From positions 10,850,001 to 10,914,000 of the forward strand of contig OX597832.1 in assembly GCA_951406725.2 (NCBI GenBank): a stretch of 64,000 bases of DNA. Direction: 5' to 3'. Origin of the DNA: Octopus vulgaris (taxonomy: Eukaryota). The position numbers were made by a program, and so were the translations under genes. Shown in pieces: positions 26,391 to 38,600 of the stretch (position 1 is its first letter; every line of letters starts with the position of its first letter). The notes below the pieces were generated by a model that worked only from the letters and a program-made list of their open reading frames with translations, made no database searches and was not told the origin of the DNA.

Positions 26391-26949
26391 ACCAACAAAG
26401 AAGATGAGGACAAATATCCGTCAAATATAAATAATGTAAATAATGTAAACGATGTACATAATTCCTCATATCTTAGATATAGAACTGTATTATTCAATCT
26501 ATATTAGAACCAATCGTTTACACAATCATACTTTGATATTTTCTATTTCTCTTATATGAGAAGTTTATAATAGCCTACAGCAGGTTTTTAATGTGTAGCA
26601 GAGTGTGTAATAAATTTCGATCGTCTAAGCTATTCAAGCAATTAGTTGGTAAGTCACCTTCCAGTGTTGTTTAAAATCAGAAAATATAACGATAGTTTCT
26701 CTTTATTATCATTTCCTTTTCTAATTACCCGATTGATCTCAACTGATAAAAGTTTTTTTTTTCGACCTAGTCCAATACACGTAAAATTTCTGTCGGCAGC
26801 AGTATATTTTGGTGGTGGAACAGGTTATTGTTTAGGACTCAATATTCAGATTCGAGTGCGTATTCCACTTCCAATCGCTCAGTATAACACCATTCACAGG
26901 ACTTCGGATGTAGCATGAATTCTGGAAGAATATAATTGGTCAGAAGTGC

Positions 26950-26999
<50 letters not shown>

Positions 27000-27011
27000 A
27001 CACAAATTACC

Positions 27012-27222
27012 TGTTTCTTTATTACCCACAAGGGGCTAAACATAGAGGGGACAAACAAGGACAGACAAACGGATTGAATCGATTACATCGACCCTAGTGC
27101 GACTCCGAAATAATGAAAGGCAAAGTCGACCTCGGCGGAATTTGAACTCAGAACGTAAGACAGATGAAGTACCGCAAAGTATTTCGCCCGGTGTACTAAC
27201 GTTTCTGCCAGCTCCCCACCTT
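27012..27222 (-). mobile_element. SINE family B with 17 bp target-site duplication
   Basis: Reverse complement of the family B sequence, flanked by ACACAACACAAATTACC at 26995-27011 and 27223-27239. Confidence 0.93.
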
Positions 27223-29186
27223 ACACAACACAAATTACCATAGATAAGCGTAACCTCACGTAGGTTTTAACTGGTCTTGGTCTCTATCCATTTAATATGT
27301 ATTTCAAATGATACAATGAACGAGACAGTATGGAGAATCAATCTGTGTGTTTACGGGAACAAAATGACATGTCCGTGGTGGCATTTCAGTCGCTGGTGTG
27401 CTCAAATTTGCATCATTATTTCTGTTGCAATTATTATGCTGTATACAAACACTTTAAGGACCAAAGATATGGTAGAGATCTGTGAGTTTCGTTAATGTGA
27501 ATCTGCTCCAAGTTAATAAAGAGAAACCGGCTCTTAGGTAGATTTTACAGATTTTTATTTAGAATTAGCATGCATACATTTATTTTTTAGGTAGCAGTGT
27601 TTTTCTGATATGGTTTTAAAACTAACATTTAGCACAATTTTAGATAAACGTGAATATGTTGATTCTATTAATTGCAATGTAAATTTAACCTTTATTAGCT
27701 GGGCGACGGCAGCTTGTTTCTGTATGTCACTTATTTTGTCTAGAAAAACAGACTGTATTGTATTGAATAACTAAAATTAACAGATATTTACTGAACTCTT
27801 ACAACTATTATCGATAGAGTGAAAATGGAAACCTATTGTAATGGGACAAATTGTTAAATTAGAGCTACTCAAGCAAATTTATTACCTACGGCTAATTTGT
27901 CCATCACCACTAAAACGAAAATAATGTATATTGTTCGAGCAATGTTATATACGATATATATCTAAATTACGTATTATATCAACACAACAGTATGCTATTC
28001 AACTATATTTACCACTTGTGATTAAGAGAACACGTATAGTCGATCGAATACTTGTCAGCATGTTAATCATACTTGTTTTATCAAGCGAAGTGATATGAAA
28101 GCTAAATTAAACCCTTGCTTAACTAGAAGCCAAGATACAGTTTAACGAGACAGACTAAACAGTGAAATGCATTTAATTTAACGATCTGAAATAGCTGCCA
28201 ACTAATCACCCTTTGTATTAGAGAACAGCGTCAAAAATTAAGCGAAATTCATAAGCATATTTTGTCTATATGATCACAGTGTTAGCCACGTGAATCTACG
28301 TAATTTTCACAGAAATACAGAGCAGATCTACAAATTAATCTATTTGGAGACAGATATATATTAAATAAATTCTGAATCTGGTATTTGCGGAATATATTTT
28401 AAATTATCGGTTTCAAGGGAATAAAAATGAATTATATGTATGATGTTTAAAGGCAAAACTTGCGGTCTCTAAATAAATATTTTCCTTTAATAAAGTTAAA
28501 CAGATTGCATAGATTAATACCTTTTCGCATAATCAATTACCCTTATGTTGAAAATGCATAAATTATTCTTAATACAAGTTTCCTTCAACATAACGGTCGA
28601 ATTTAATGGATATGTTGATTCATACTGTTATAAATCAGTTAAAGGTGAAGACAGAAGAGAATGAAAATTAAGCTCTAAGGAAATGTCCAAAGCTGCTTTG
28701 AGGTGTAAATCGAATTCTCCGATACTTAGGTGAAAGTTCAATAGAGCGAAGACAAATATGACGATTGGTAAACATTAATCTTTCTGATCGTTGATTCGAT
28801 ATTGTAGCAGAAAGCCAACTAATAAATTGATCGTGTTCGTACGGTGTTTGTGGTAAAAACCCTGTATCTTTGTCTAAGAAACATAACTGTCAAATAAACT
28901 GACCACCTCCCTGTCATTAGTGCCGACGATACACAAGTGGCTAATGTAATTATCAATGTGAAATCGACAAACATATCGCTAGATTGTGGATAGTGCTGGA
29001 TTGAATTATATTTCCTCACGCTGACTTATTCAGTATAAACGAAACACAGAACGCCTGCGCTTTCGATCAACCTGCTAGAAATAGCAAGCAAATTTTCTTT
29101 ATGACACACTCTAACGTTGAGTTGGTGATTTCTTGAACACCATGGGTTAAATTCTTATTTAATATGCCCTGACATTGTGTTTCTGC

Positions 29187-30293
29187 TAAATGTCACTTAA
29201 TCTGTACTACCTTTAAATAAATTTACCCTTTCTTTCCCTTCAGTCCAGTGTAACGTCTCACCACAATATATAGCCAAGATTACCGAGCAAAACGACAGTT
29301 CTGAAGACTATAAGCTGCTTATATAACTGTATATAAACTATTTCTTATTCTTCCTCAGAAGTTATTTCGTTCGCCTTCTGCTGTTAAAAATGTGGGGAAG
29401 TCTTAAATATAACGAACGTCATTTCGAAAATACGTTGCTTCTGGCTAGTACGAGAGAATATAAAAATACCAGTATATTATACAAGTTCCTTTTGTGGGAA
29501 CAGCGTGTATTTTGTTAGTGCTTGAAGTTGACATGGTCATCTTTTTTGCACTTAACTAGTATTTCATCTTATCTTGTGGTTTGAAATCCGTTTAGAATAT
29601 TGTGGAATTTAAAACATGCTATTTGATTATAAATTTTTAGATGTTTGATTGTCGTAGGAGATATAATCGAAGAAGTTTAATAGAAGATGAGATGAATATG
29701 CAGGACAGCCTTAAATCGTTTGAAATGTAATTCAAGTCAGAAATATAAACAATGCATTGTTCTTTACGGTATATACATGCTGAAATATCTTTCGCATTAC
29801 TCCTACGTATATAATTTTTTTTATTCTCGTACGCCAAAAATATAATGCAGAGCTATGTCTGAAGGAGTCGAGAAAGTTTACGGACACATATATTAATGAT
29901 TACATGTCTTCTTGAAGTTAACTAAATGAAATTTTTACTGCTGTTTCTAATATTTCTCATTAAGTATAGCCGTCTATAACGTACGACACGTCAGTTTGGA
30001 GGTCAACCTTTTCAGTTACAATGTTTTATGATTCAATGTTTAAATATGCGTCTTATATGCATACTCGTGATATAATGATGACTGTCACAAATTTTTAACA
30101 GTAGAAGACAAACAAAATAACCCCGGAGGAAGAATAAGAAATAGTTTATAAACGTTTATATAAACAGCTTATATTCTTCAAGCTGTCGCTTTGCTCTATT
30201 TACTTGGCAACGTGTTGTGGTGTGAGAATACGTAAGGCCAACGGGAATCATAAAGAAGTTCATTTTAATATAGTATAAAGTAAGTGACATTTA
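29187..30293. mobile_element. Old fold-back/MITE-like element with ~210 bp imperfect terminal inverted repeats
   Basis: 29187-29395 aligns to the reverse complement of 30086-30293 (e.g. TATAAACTATTTCTTATTCTTCCTC / GAGGAAGAATAAGAAATAGTTTATA and TAAATGTCACTTA / TAAGTGACATTTA). Confidence 0.8.
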
Positions 30294-30344
30294 CTTTTAA
30301 AAGTATAACGTAGCAAATCCTTCCATTAATGTAATACTTACTGC

Positions 30345-30543
30345 TTTCAAAATTTGGCACACAGTGATTTCGGTGGGTGGATGAGTCGATTACATCAACC
30401 GTCAGATCTCAACTGGTACTTAATTTATTGACACTGAAAGCAAAGTCGACCTCGGTGGTATTAGAACTCGGAATGGAAGGACTGACAAAATGCCGCAAAT
30501 AATTCTGCACGGGGAGCTCCCGATTCCGGCATCTCACCGCCTC
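30345..30543 (-). mobile_element. SINE family B, degenerate
   Basis: GTCGATTACATCAACC...CTGGTACTTAATTTAT...GCAAAGTCGACCTCGG...GAACTC is the reverse complement of the family B body. Confidence 0.8.
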
Positions 30544-31624
30544 GTAAACGGAATACTTGTTAAACGCAGAATTATACGAAAGAATAATGTGTAGTAAATA
30601 AGATAATCTTCAACAGATTTTCTTCGAAATATGCTTAGCATTATAAAATATTTTGATATTTCTGTGCCTCAAAAATGTCATTTGATTATGAAAAACAACG
30701 TTGATAGACATAAACTAAATTAAAATACACCGACTCCGTCTCTCTCGTTGCATAAAATAGCAACACACTCTCCCTAAATTCCTCTCAGACCAGACGCACC
30801 ATATTTTAGATGATGGGCTGGCGGATTTTTATAGTGTTGGATAGAATGTCTTACGGTTTGCTCCAGCTTTCTACGATATGATTTTTATATCTGCCGAAGT
30901 TATAAACATTACGATTACGTGCTTACACTCCCATTCTTCTTCTTCTTCTTCTCTCCATCTTTCCCCTCTCAGGCAAACCTCTTGCATCCAAGCTGGAGAA
31001 ATAATAGCGCTGCCAAATGTAAAATGCCATCGGTACATTGCATCTGAAGACGGCACCCAACTGGAACAAGACTTTTGTCTAATGAAGGAAACTACTATAC
31101 ATACATACACACGCGTGCGCACACACACACACACACACAGAAACACGCACATGCATATACACATCGAGAGAGAGAGAGAGAGAGGCAAAAAGATAGACAG
31201 TGAATTGTCGTTGATTCCATGTCAGTGTTCATATTTCTGATCATGCAAGGAAGGGTTAACTGGGCTATCCAGGTAGAACCACAAGGCAGATATGGTATAA
31301 ATGCATTACATTGAATTTCTGCAATACAATCAAAAGCAGATCATATTAAACAAGAAAATCTACGGGGAACTAAATAGCATTTTGCGTCAGAACCTTTGAT
31401 CAACGAAGAATAAGGGTTAAACATGTGTTCTGATACATTCCCAAACTTTCGAAACAATTCCGTAGTTTATCCAGCATTTCTCAGAGAATAAAGCTACAAG
31501 TAAAAGAACGTTAATACATATATATTTTTTCCAGTTGGCTGGCGCATTAATTAAGGAAGCAGTTAAGAAGTTCAATTTGCAATCAATTCTATACCCTGCA
31601 GAAGATTATCGCATATTTACATGC

Positions 31625-31717
31625 AGCCACACAAACACACACATACGCACGAACACACATATCTATATGTGATTATATATATGCATGCTTACGTATAAGG
31701 TTTTATATATGATTAGA

Positions 31718-31749
<32 letters not shown>

Positions 31750-31810
31750 CTCGTATGTATGTGTGTTTCTGTGTGTATTAGCAAAGGATTGGATAAATAC
31801 ATAGAAATCG

Positions 31811-31843
<33 letters not shown>

Positions 31844-31995
31844 TAGAGAGAGAAAGAGAGAGAGGGAGGAGAGAGAGTGAGAAAGACACAGGTAGATAGC
31901 TAGATAGAGAAATAGATAGATAGATAGATAGAGAGAGAGATGTGAAAGTACAGGCGTATGACTGCATTTCGAAAATATATTTGTGTGTGTGTGTC
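31625..31995. repeat. Compound (AC)/(AT)/(AG)/(GATA) microsatellite cluster
   Basis: Read directly. Confidence 0.92.
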
Positions 31996-34900
31996 AATGT
32001 TTGTGAACTATGATCTCAAAAACCTCAAGTGTGTATTCGATAGCTAAAAAACTAAAAATCGACAAGCTAATTAACAAATATACATAAACTGGAATTTATA
32101 TAATTGCTTCAAATTTCTTATTGTTGGTGTGAGAGTGCTGCGATTCAAATAATTGGAACTATTCTAAGAATAAAAAATTGCCCATGTATATTAGGAGATG
32201 ATTATGGTCACGAAATATTCAAGCCATATAACTGAGGTTCTTATTAATCATAGGGGAAATTATTATTGAATCAAAATTACCCATCATTTCTTGTTTGGTG
32301 ATGAAATTAGTGTGTATCACAATGTTATAAAGAAAAGATCCAATGACTACTCATTTTAGACTTTTCTCTATACAAAGCAAAGAGAAAAAAAAAATGAAAA
32401 GCTATCATTTAATTTAATGTTTCGTTTTAACATTTTCCCTTAAGGATTTGAGCGTTTATGCAAACAACCTAAAATTTTCTATGATTATACAGAGAAACAA
32501 AATTAACGAATTTTATCAGGTGTCGCGGAATACCAATTCTGAATATTGCAATAGTATAAGTGAATTGAAATTTTGCTAAGAAATGGAATAAAATTTCTAC
32601 CATCCAGTATATACTATAAATAGTTGTTAGTTATGACGGAAAAATAATCGATGATTTATAGGAACTGCGATCATTAATTCAATAATGTGTAACATCAGAA
32701 TAAAATTGAATCAGCAATACGGTCGATCACTGTAATATTATACTAAGTAAAATGCCAATAGAGTGGTAAAAACTACATTGTAAATATGTTACAATGTATA
32801 TAGTTACATTCCTCTGCGTTCTGAGCTCAAATTCCACAGAAGCTGATTTTGCTTTTCTTTATATGGTGTCAATGATACAAGGAGATTGTCATGTACGTAA
32901 TCGATTATGTTCTTTCCATATTCTATATTAACTGTACACTGAGTTTTAAATATTAAAAGAAAATTCCATTGTGTCTAAACTCAAGGGATTTTCTAAATAG
33001 AACTGTTTCTAAACAGGCAACTGTCACTGTTTCAGTGCTATTGTTTAATGTGTGGTTGAGAATCCTTCGTTATTTCTTACGTTAATAATTCCAGTGTTCA
33101 ACCCTTCGTTCAAATGATTGCACCATTTCAATGCCCTACTAATTTATGCTCTTCTATGCAATGTGTATAGGTCGACCGGTTGTCATATATTTTTGAAGCG
33201 AAACATGATATTACAACTCTGTGCCATATAACCCACGAATTAGTCTGCAGCATCCGGCGATGTTTACTTTCAACAGTGTTTCATGCAACCTGGATGAGAA
33301 CAGTCTGTAAACCACGCTCTCTAAACTGCGCTAATACAGCAACTCATGCTGCTTATAATGTGATATAACTGATTATGGGAGAGACAAAGAAGTATGATAG
33401 ACAGATTAAGATAGCGAAGGTGGGAGTAGAGAGAAACAGGAACGTAAGAAGAAGTGTCGCCTTTAATGTTAAGTAGTTATTGGTTATCCTTGCAGATTAA
33501 AATTCGTAATTGACTTTGAGGTGTATCGTAAACGCAATAATCTGTAACATAATGTAAAACATTTATAAGGTAAAACATTTACAAAGTCTACACTTAATGG
33601 ACGTCTTATGTTAAACAAAATGTTTGGGATCGTTTAGGTTAACGAAATGCTCGCGCTACTTTGTTACAAATTCAAATCTTTAACTCTTTAGTTCGAATCT
33701 CGCAGAGGTAGAATTTGCATTTCATAATTAAGCACAATAAATCAAGTGCTAACTAAACGCTTGGGTTGATATAATCAGGTGTTTCTTTTCCTCGGAAGCT
33801 AATGTAGTCAGTCAGTCCGTAATGGAAATCACCACCGAAAATAATTCTATTTAAATGTCACTGGACAAGGAAATAGTAATAAACAATGTGAATGTTAAAT
33901 CAATGAAACTGCATTCTATTATCTTGTATATAATATTGGCAGGTTAGCTTTCAAAAGACCTATATTAGATTTAGCATGATAAAATGTGTATCTATATTTC
34001 GATTTAGAAGTATTTTGCAATGTTAGGAAAAGAAGAAACAATAAAATAGGCAAGGCTGTAGATAGAATTTCTTTTTGCGGAAATGTCTTGCAATTATGTT
34101 GATACAAACAGATCGTATCGAAATGACTCTTTTGTTAGGAACTCGAACAGAAAAAAATTGCATAGTTGCTAATGACGCCTTACACTCTCAGATCGAATTC
34201 TGCCAAGAGCAGCAGTATATTTTATAGGCGTAGGTGTGGCAAAAAGTTGATTCTCATGAGTTTTGAGACTTGCCATGATTCTTGTTGTTAGTGTGCGCAT
34301 GCGCCATTGTGTTGTTCACTGAAGAAGATAGCCGGCTGTGTTTATCCCGCCAAAAGAAGCTACTGCAAGGTAATGCTTTTCTCTTGAACCCGGTGAGAGT
34401 CGTTGTCTGTGCTTATATATTTTACAAACTGGGAATCCTCACTGAATTCAGAATGTTGGTCTATTTGTGGTTCATCAATAAGGTCCATAGTAAATGAAGA
34501 TTTTTTTCTCATGGTCTAGTGGGCGTATCCTTCAAAATACTTTGTTTTTAACGCAACAACATTTACCGTTATTGGAAAACTGTATTTTAAGTGTTAACAT
34601 GAAGTGAAAAATTTTTTTTCTCATTGTGAGAAATAGAGTTTGGTGACTATCCTACCACGGAAAGTCGTTCGCTGTTTTTAAATAGTGTGTATTTTACGAC
34701 TACTTTGAAAAGCTGTATTCAAGTGAAGCAATCCAGGTTCGAATTGGAGTGCCATAAGGGCTTGGAGTACATGAATGCTCAGAAGGTGTTTTTTTTTTTG
34801 CTGTGTTTTCTTGTTTTGAAGTATTGTTTTCTTCTATTGTGACTTTTCATTGAACTGTTTCTTTGTTTTTTTTTATTTCTTTCTTCTTTCCTTTTGTTTT

Positions 34901-34997
34901 CTATGAATTCTCTCTTTCCTTTTTTTTTTTGAACTATTGCTTTGGACATGGCAAAAAATATGGATAAGGTTGTTGTGTGGGAGATTGTCCCAAACTA

Positions 34998-35097
34998 ACA
35001 AAGAATAAGTCTGGGGTCGATTTGTTCGACTAAAGGCGGTGCTCCAGCATGGCCGCTGTCAAAGGACTGAAACAAGTAAAAGAGTAAACGAATAAAA
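34998..35097 (+). mobile_element. SINE family A, 3' fragment
   Basis: ACAAAGAATAAGTCTGGGGTCGATTTGTTCGACTAAAGGCGGTGCTCCAGCATGGCCGC...GACTGAAACAAGTAAAAGA. Confidence 0.88.
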
Positions 35098-37984
35098 GCA
35101 ACCCCCCCATCCACTCCCCCGAGATTAATAAACTAAAACAGCTGTATAGTTCTGATTCAGAGATCTTAAGTAATATCCCTTCTGAACAATTGATGGCCTG
35201 GTACATACATTGAAAACAATTCTTGTATATTCTTACCGATATTATTAGATAGTTTTGAAGATATAAGTTTCGGATTGAGTTACCTTTAAAAAAAAACCTA
35301 CCCGCTTTAAATATTGCTTTCAAGTTCTGCCACAAGGCCAACAAATTCGGTTGTTGAATGGCTTGATTACATCGACTCGTACTTATTTTAGATATGAAGT
35401 AATATTAAATATAAGTTTAACATGTTGCATACGCTTGGTTTGTCATTTCTTGTGTTAAAATGGAATAAATTTATCCATTTTTTTTTCTTGTCGGCTAATT
35501 TCATATTTCGCTCCATAATTGTCAATATGACGTTGTACAAAATGCTAATTCGGTTCGCTTGGGCGTAGTTCATTAAAACTATCCGAGCGTATTATAAGCT
35601 GAAATTTATTTCAACAAGTATTTAAATTCAAAGCGATTGAAGAATATTTCCATAGAAAAATATTCCAGTTAGAAGATCTAAGAAACATCTTAAATGTCAA
35701 TAAAATAAGAAAATTAGAGACAAGTATAATTATAGACATACATATGTGTGTACGTGTGTATATGTGTGTCCGCATGTATATCTGAATGTGTTTGTGAGAT
35801 ATAGTGACAGAGAGAACTCGACATCATATTTACACCCAATATTAAAGAAATAACTCTTTCTGAGCACGTAGTTAATATCAAATTAAGCCAAAACTTAAAC
35901 TGCTACAAGAATGAATATATATTATGACTAGACTACAAGCAACAAAAGAAATCAATCAAGTGTTTTGTGAGTTGCACACAAGTCTCGAATAACATTTTAT
36001 ATCCAAACATCTGATCAGTGAATTATATTGGTGCAACGTTAGTATTGATCCTTTCTCATAAATTCAGTAAAATCTCGATAGTTCATACAACGTATCCCAG
36101 TTTAAGTAAGCTAAATTATATATTTGCTGTTATAGTATAATCAATAGTGGACAATATAAATATTTATCCTTATAAATCTATGATTCTCTTTCATGACATG
36201 TAATAATCATACTAAAAATTTGAAATTAGTAATTTATTATAGTAAAGCATACACTTATACAACCACACAAAAATGATATTCATAGAGAGATATACACAAT
36301 ACAGGGAAATATTTATGTGTCCTAAGTGTACAGATCTATACAATTATGTTCATGACCTTAGATCGATCGATAGAATGTATCAATACCAATGAGTACAACT
36401 TACTTGTAATATGTCAAATTTTTTTCAATTTTCTTCATACTGTCCAAAACAAACGTAGACATGTTTCCCTTTGAGTTTGAAAGGAAAGGAAGTCCTTCTT
36501 TTGATTCACTGTGCACATAAGATGGGTTAGCAAATTTGTGAGGTTGCATCTATGTGGAGACGTTATGATACAAGAGTATGTGCCTGTACGTAGGCCTGTG
36601 TGTACATACGTGATAAATATGTGCAAGTGTATTTGTAGACGTTCTTGTTTCCCAATCTGGGATGACGTACGCAAAGATAAGGGGTACTGTATCTGGAATT
36701 TATGTTGCATTGTAAACTTCAAGACGAGATTTCTTTTCATATTATTTTGAGCTATAGAAGAAATTGTACGAGAATTAGGTACAGGTAATTTTGCAGCAAA
36801 GTAGCATATATCGAAAGAGGAATCATTTATTTGCAATGGATAAAACATGATGTGAGATAAGATATTCATTAATGACCTAGTAGCCTCCAGACACACACAT
36901 TCATACACACACATAAATACACACATGCACAGACACACACAGAGGCACACACTCATACACACACACATATATATATATATATGTACACACACACATAGAT
37001 ATACATATATATATATACGTCGGGCAAGGGATCTGTGGGAGATGGCTAGTTCATTCAAATTGTTTTCGATTTGTGGTGAATTTGAGTGAATGTCTGAATC
37101 ACGGGCGTTTCCTTTCCCTGAGATTTATCATTGATTGTCTAATCACATTTCTGTGGTCGACCAACGACAAATTTATATATATATCATAGATGTGTTACAA
37201 AAATATTCCGTGCATACAATAACACTCAGACCAACAATCCAACACACCTCCATCATCAACTGACCCACCGAAATCCCTATAGTTTCGACAGTTGGGCTGC
37301 ACCATTCACACCGTTGGTGTCAACGGCGGTAAAATAAGTGTTGTTTAGGAGCAAACATACCTTAGATATCACCACATTCATTCAATCTTAATTCTAGGAA
37401 TGATTAAACATATATTATTAATTAAACTAGAATAAAGAAAAAACAAATTTGCCCAACGTACGAAAATAATATCGTTGAAAAAATTCAATAAGTAAGTGTA
37501 TAACTCACTCCTAGATTATATAACTGAATCGCGACCTTGCCCTTGAAGTCCATGCAGATAATATTCCCACCTGTCTTCCATAGTTAATCATTTAAACGTG
37601 AAAGCTTTTATATTATTTTCTCTCGAAAACAAACTTGATTGAACTTAATAATATAACTAATTCTGAGAGAATTGCTCTATTTTATAATTCAAAAATTAAT
37701 AATCAAAACACTACGTACGTATTAAATATGCGTTATCCTTACATAATTTAATGTTAAGCTTATACTAGTAACTTAATAGATAATGCTAAGATATTATAAC
37801 TAGGAATTAATAGAAGAATACCCGTAATTAACAATTATTATAAAAACCTTGTTACGATTAAAGCTAACTATAAAACTGCTTGAAAGATTATATAAAATAC
37901 AAAGTATTATCACTTATATGTTATCTGGACACACGAGATTCAGTCAACTATATTCAAAAAAGACTGTCTTAACTATTGCTGACG

Positions 37985-38230
37985 TAGCGGCTCTACGTGT
38001 TCAGGGTCTTGGACCTATGATCGTAAGGTTGTTGTTTCGATTTTGAGACCCGGGCTACGTGATGTACCCTTTAGCAAAACGTTTGATTTCACGTTGATCC
38101 AGCCCACTCAACTGGCAAAGATATGTATTTCTTCGACGAACCGGCGTTCTATCCGGGAAGGGGTAATATGTGCACCACAGAAACAGGGGAATATTCTCCA
38201 TGATTCTGTATGACTCGGGAAGGATCTTTA
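37985..38230 (+). mobile_element. tRNA-derived SINE family C with conserved-type central domain, degenerate
   Basis: tRNA-like head followed by TTTCACGTTGATCCAGCCCACTCAACTGGCAAA, similar to the reverse complement of CAGCTAAAGGAACTGGAGCAACG in the 56400-56728 copy. Confidence 0.6.
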
Positions 38231-38523
38231 TACTGTATGTATATAAGTATGTATGTATAAAAGTTCGTATTTTATGAGGTTTTATGGTATATTTCTGATA
38301 TATATTATGAATTACAGCAATGATGGATTAGGCAGACATATATTGAATTTGGAACATCAAAGAATCTGCAACAGAAATAATATTGAAGTACATTATAGTT
38401 ACCATTTCGGGGAGTTTGCTATATAATGCCCTCTATTTAAAAAGAGTAATAACCGCGATTATTTTAACTGGCACAAAATTACGAATTTCGGTGGACACCA
38501 AATTGTATACCCACTTAAGTATG

Positions 38524-38597
<74 letters not shown>
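38524..38597. repeat. (AC)n(AT)n microsatellite
   Basis: Read directly. Confidence 0.95.

Positions 38598-38600
<3 letters not shown>

Larger units (their letters stand above)
26040..26490. mobile_element. Palindromic non-autonomous retroelement: ~140 bp inverted arms with hammerhead motifs around a tRNA-like head and (AAT)n
   Basis: 26040-26179 is the reverse complement of ~26304-26443 with few mismatches; a tRNA-like segment at 26196-26267 and (AAT)n at 26268-26296 lie between the arms. Confidence 0.85.

Noticed and set aside
30973-31032. Candidate exon after a strong pyrimidine tract
   Set aside because: The tract is a (CTT)n microsatellite and the donor GTACAT is weak.
36435-37058. 207 aa minus-strand ORF
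   Set aside because: The N-terminal third is microsatellite and the remainder shows no recognisable domain.
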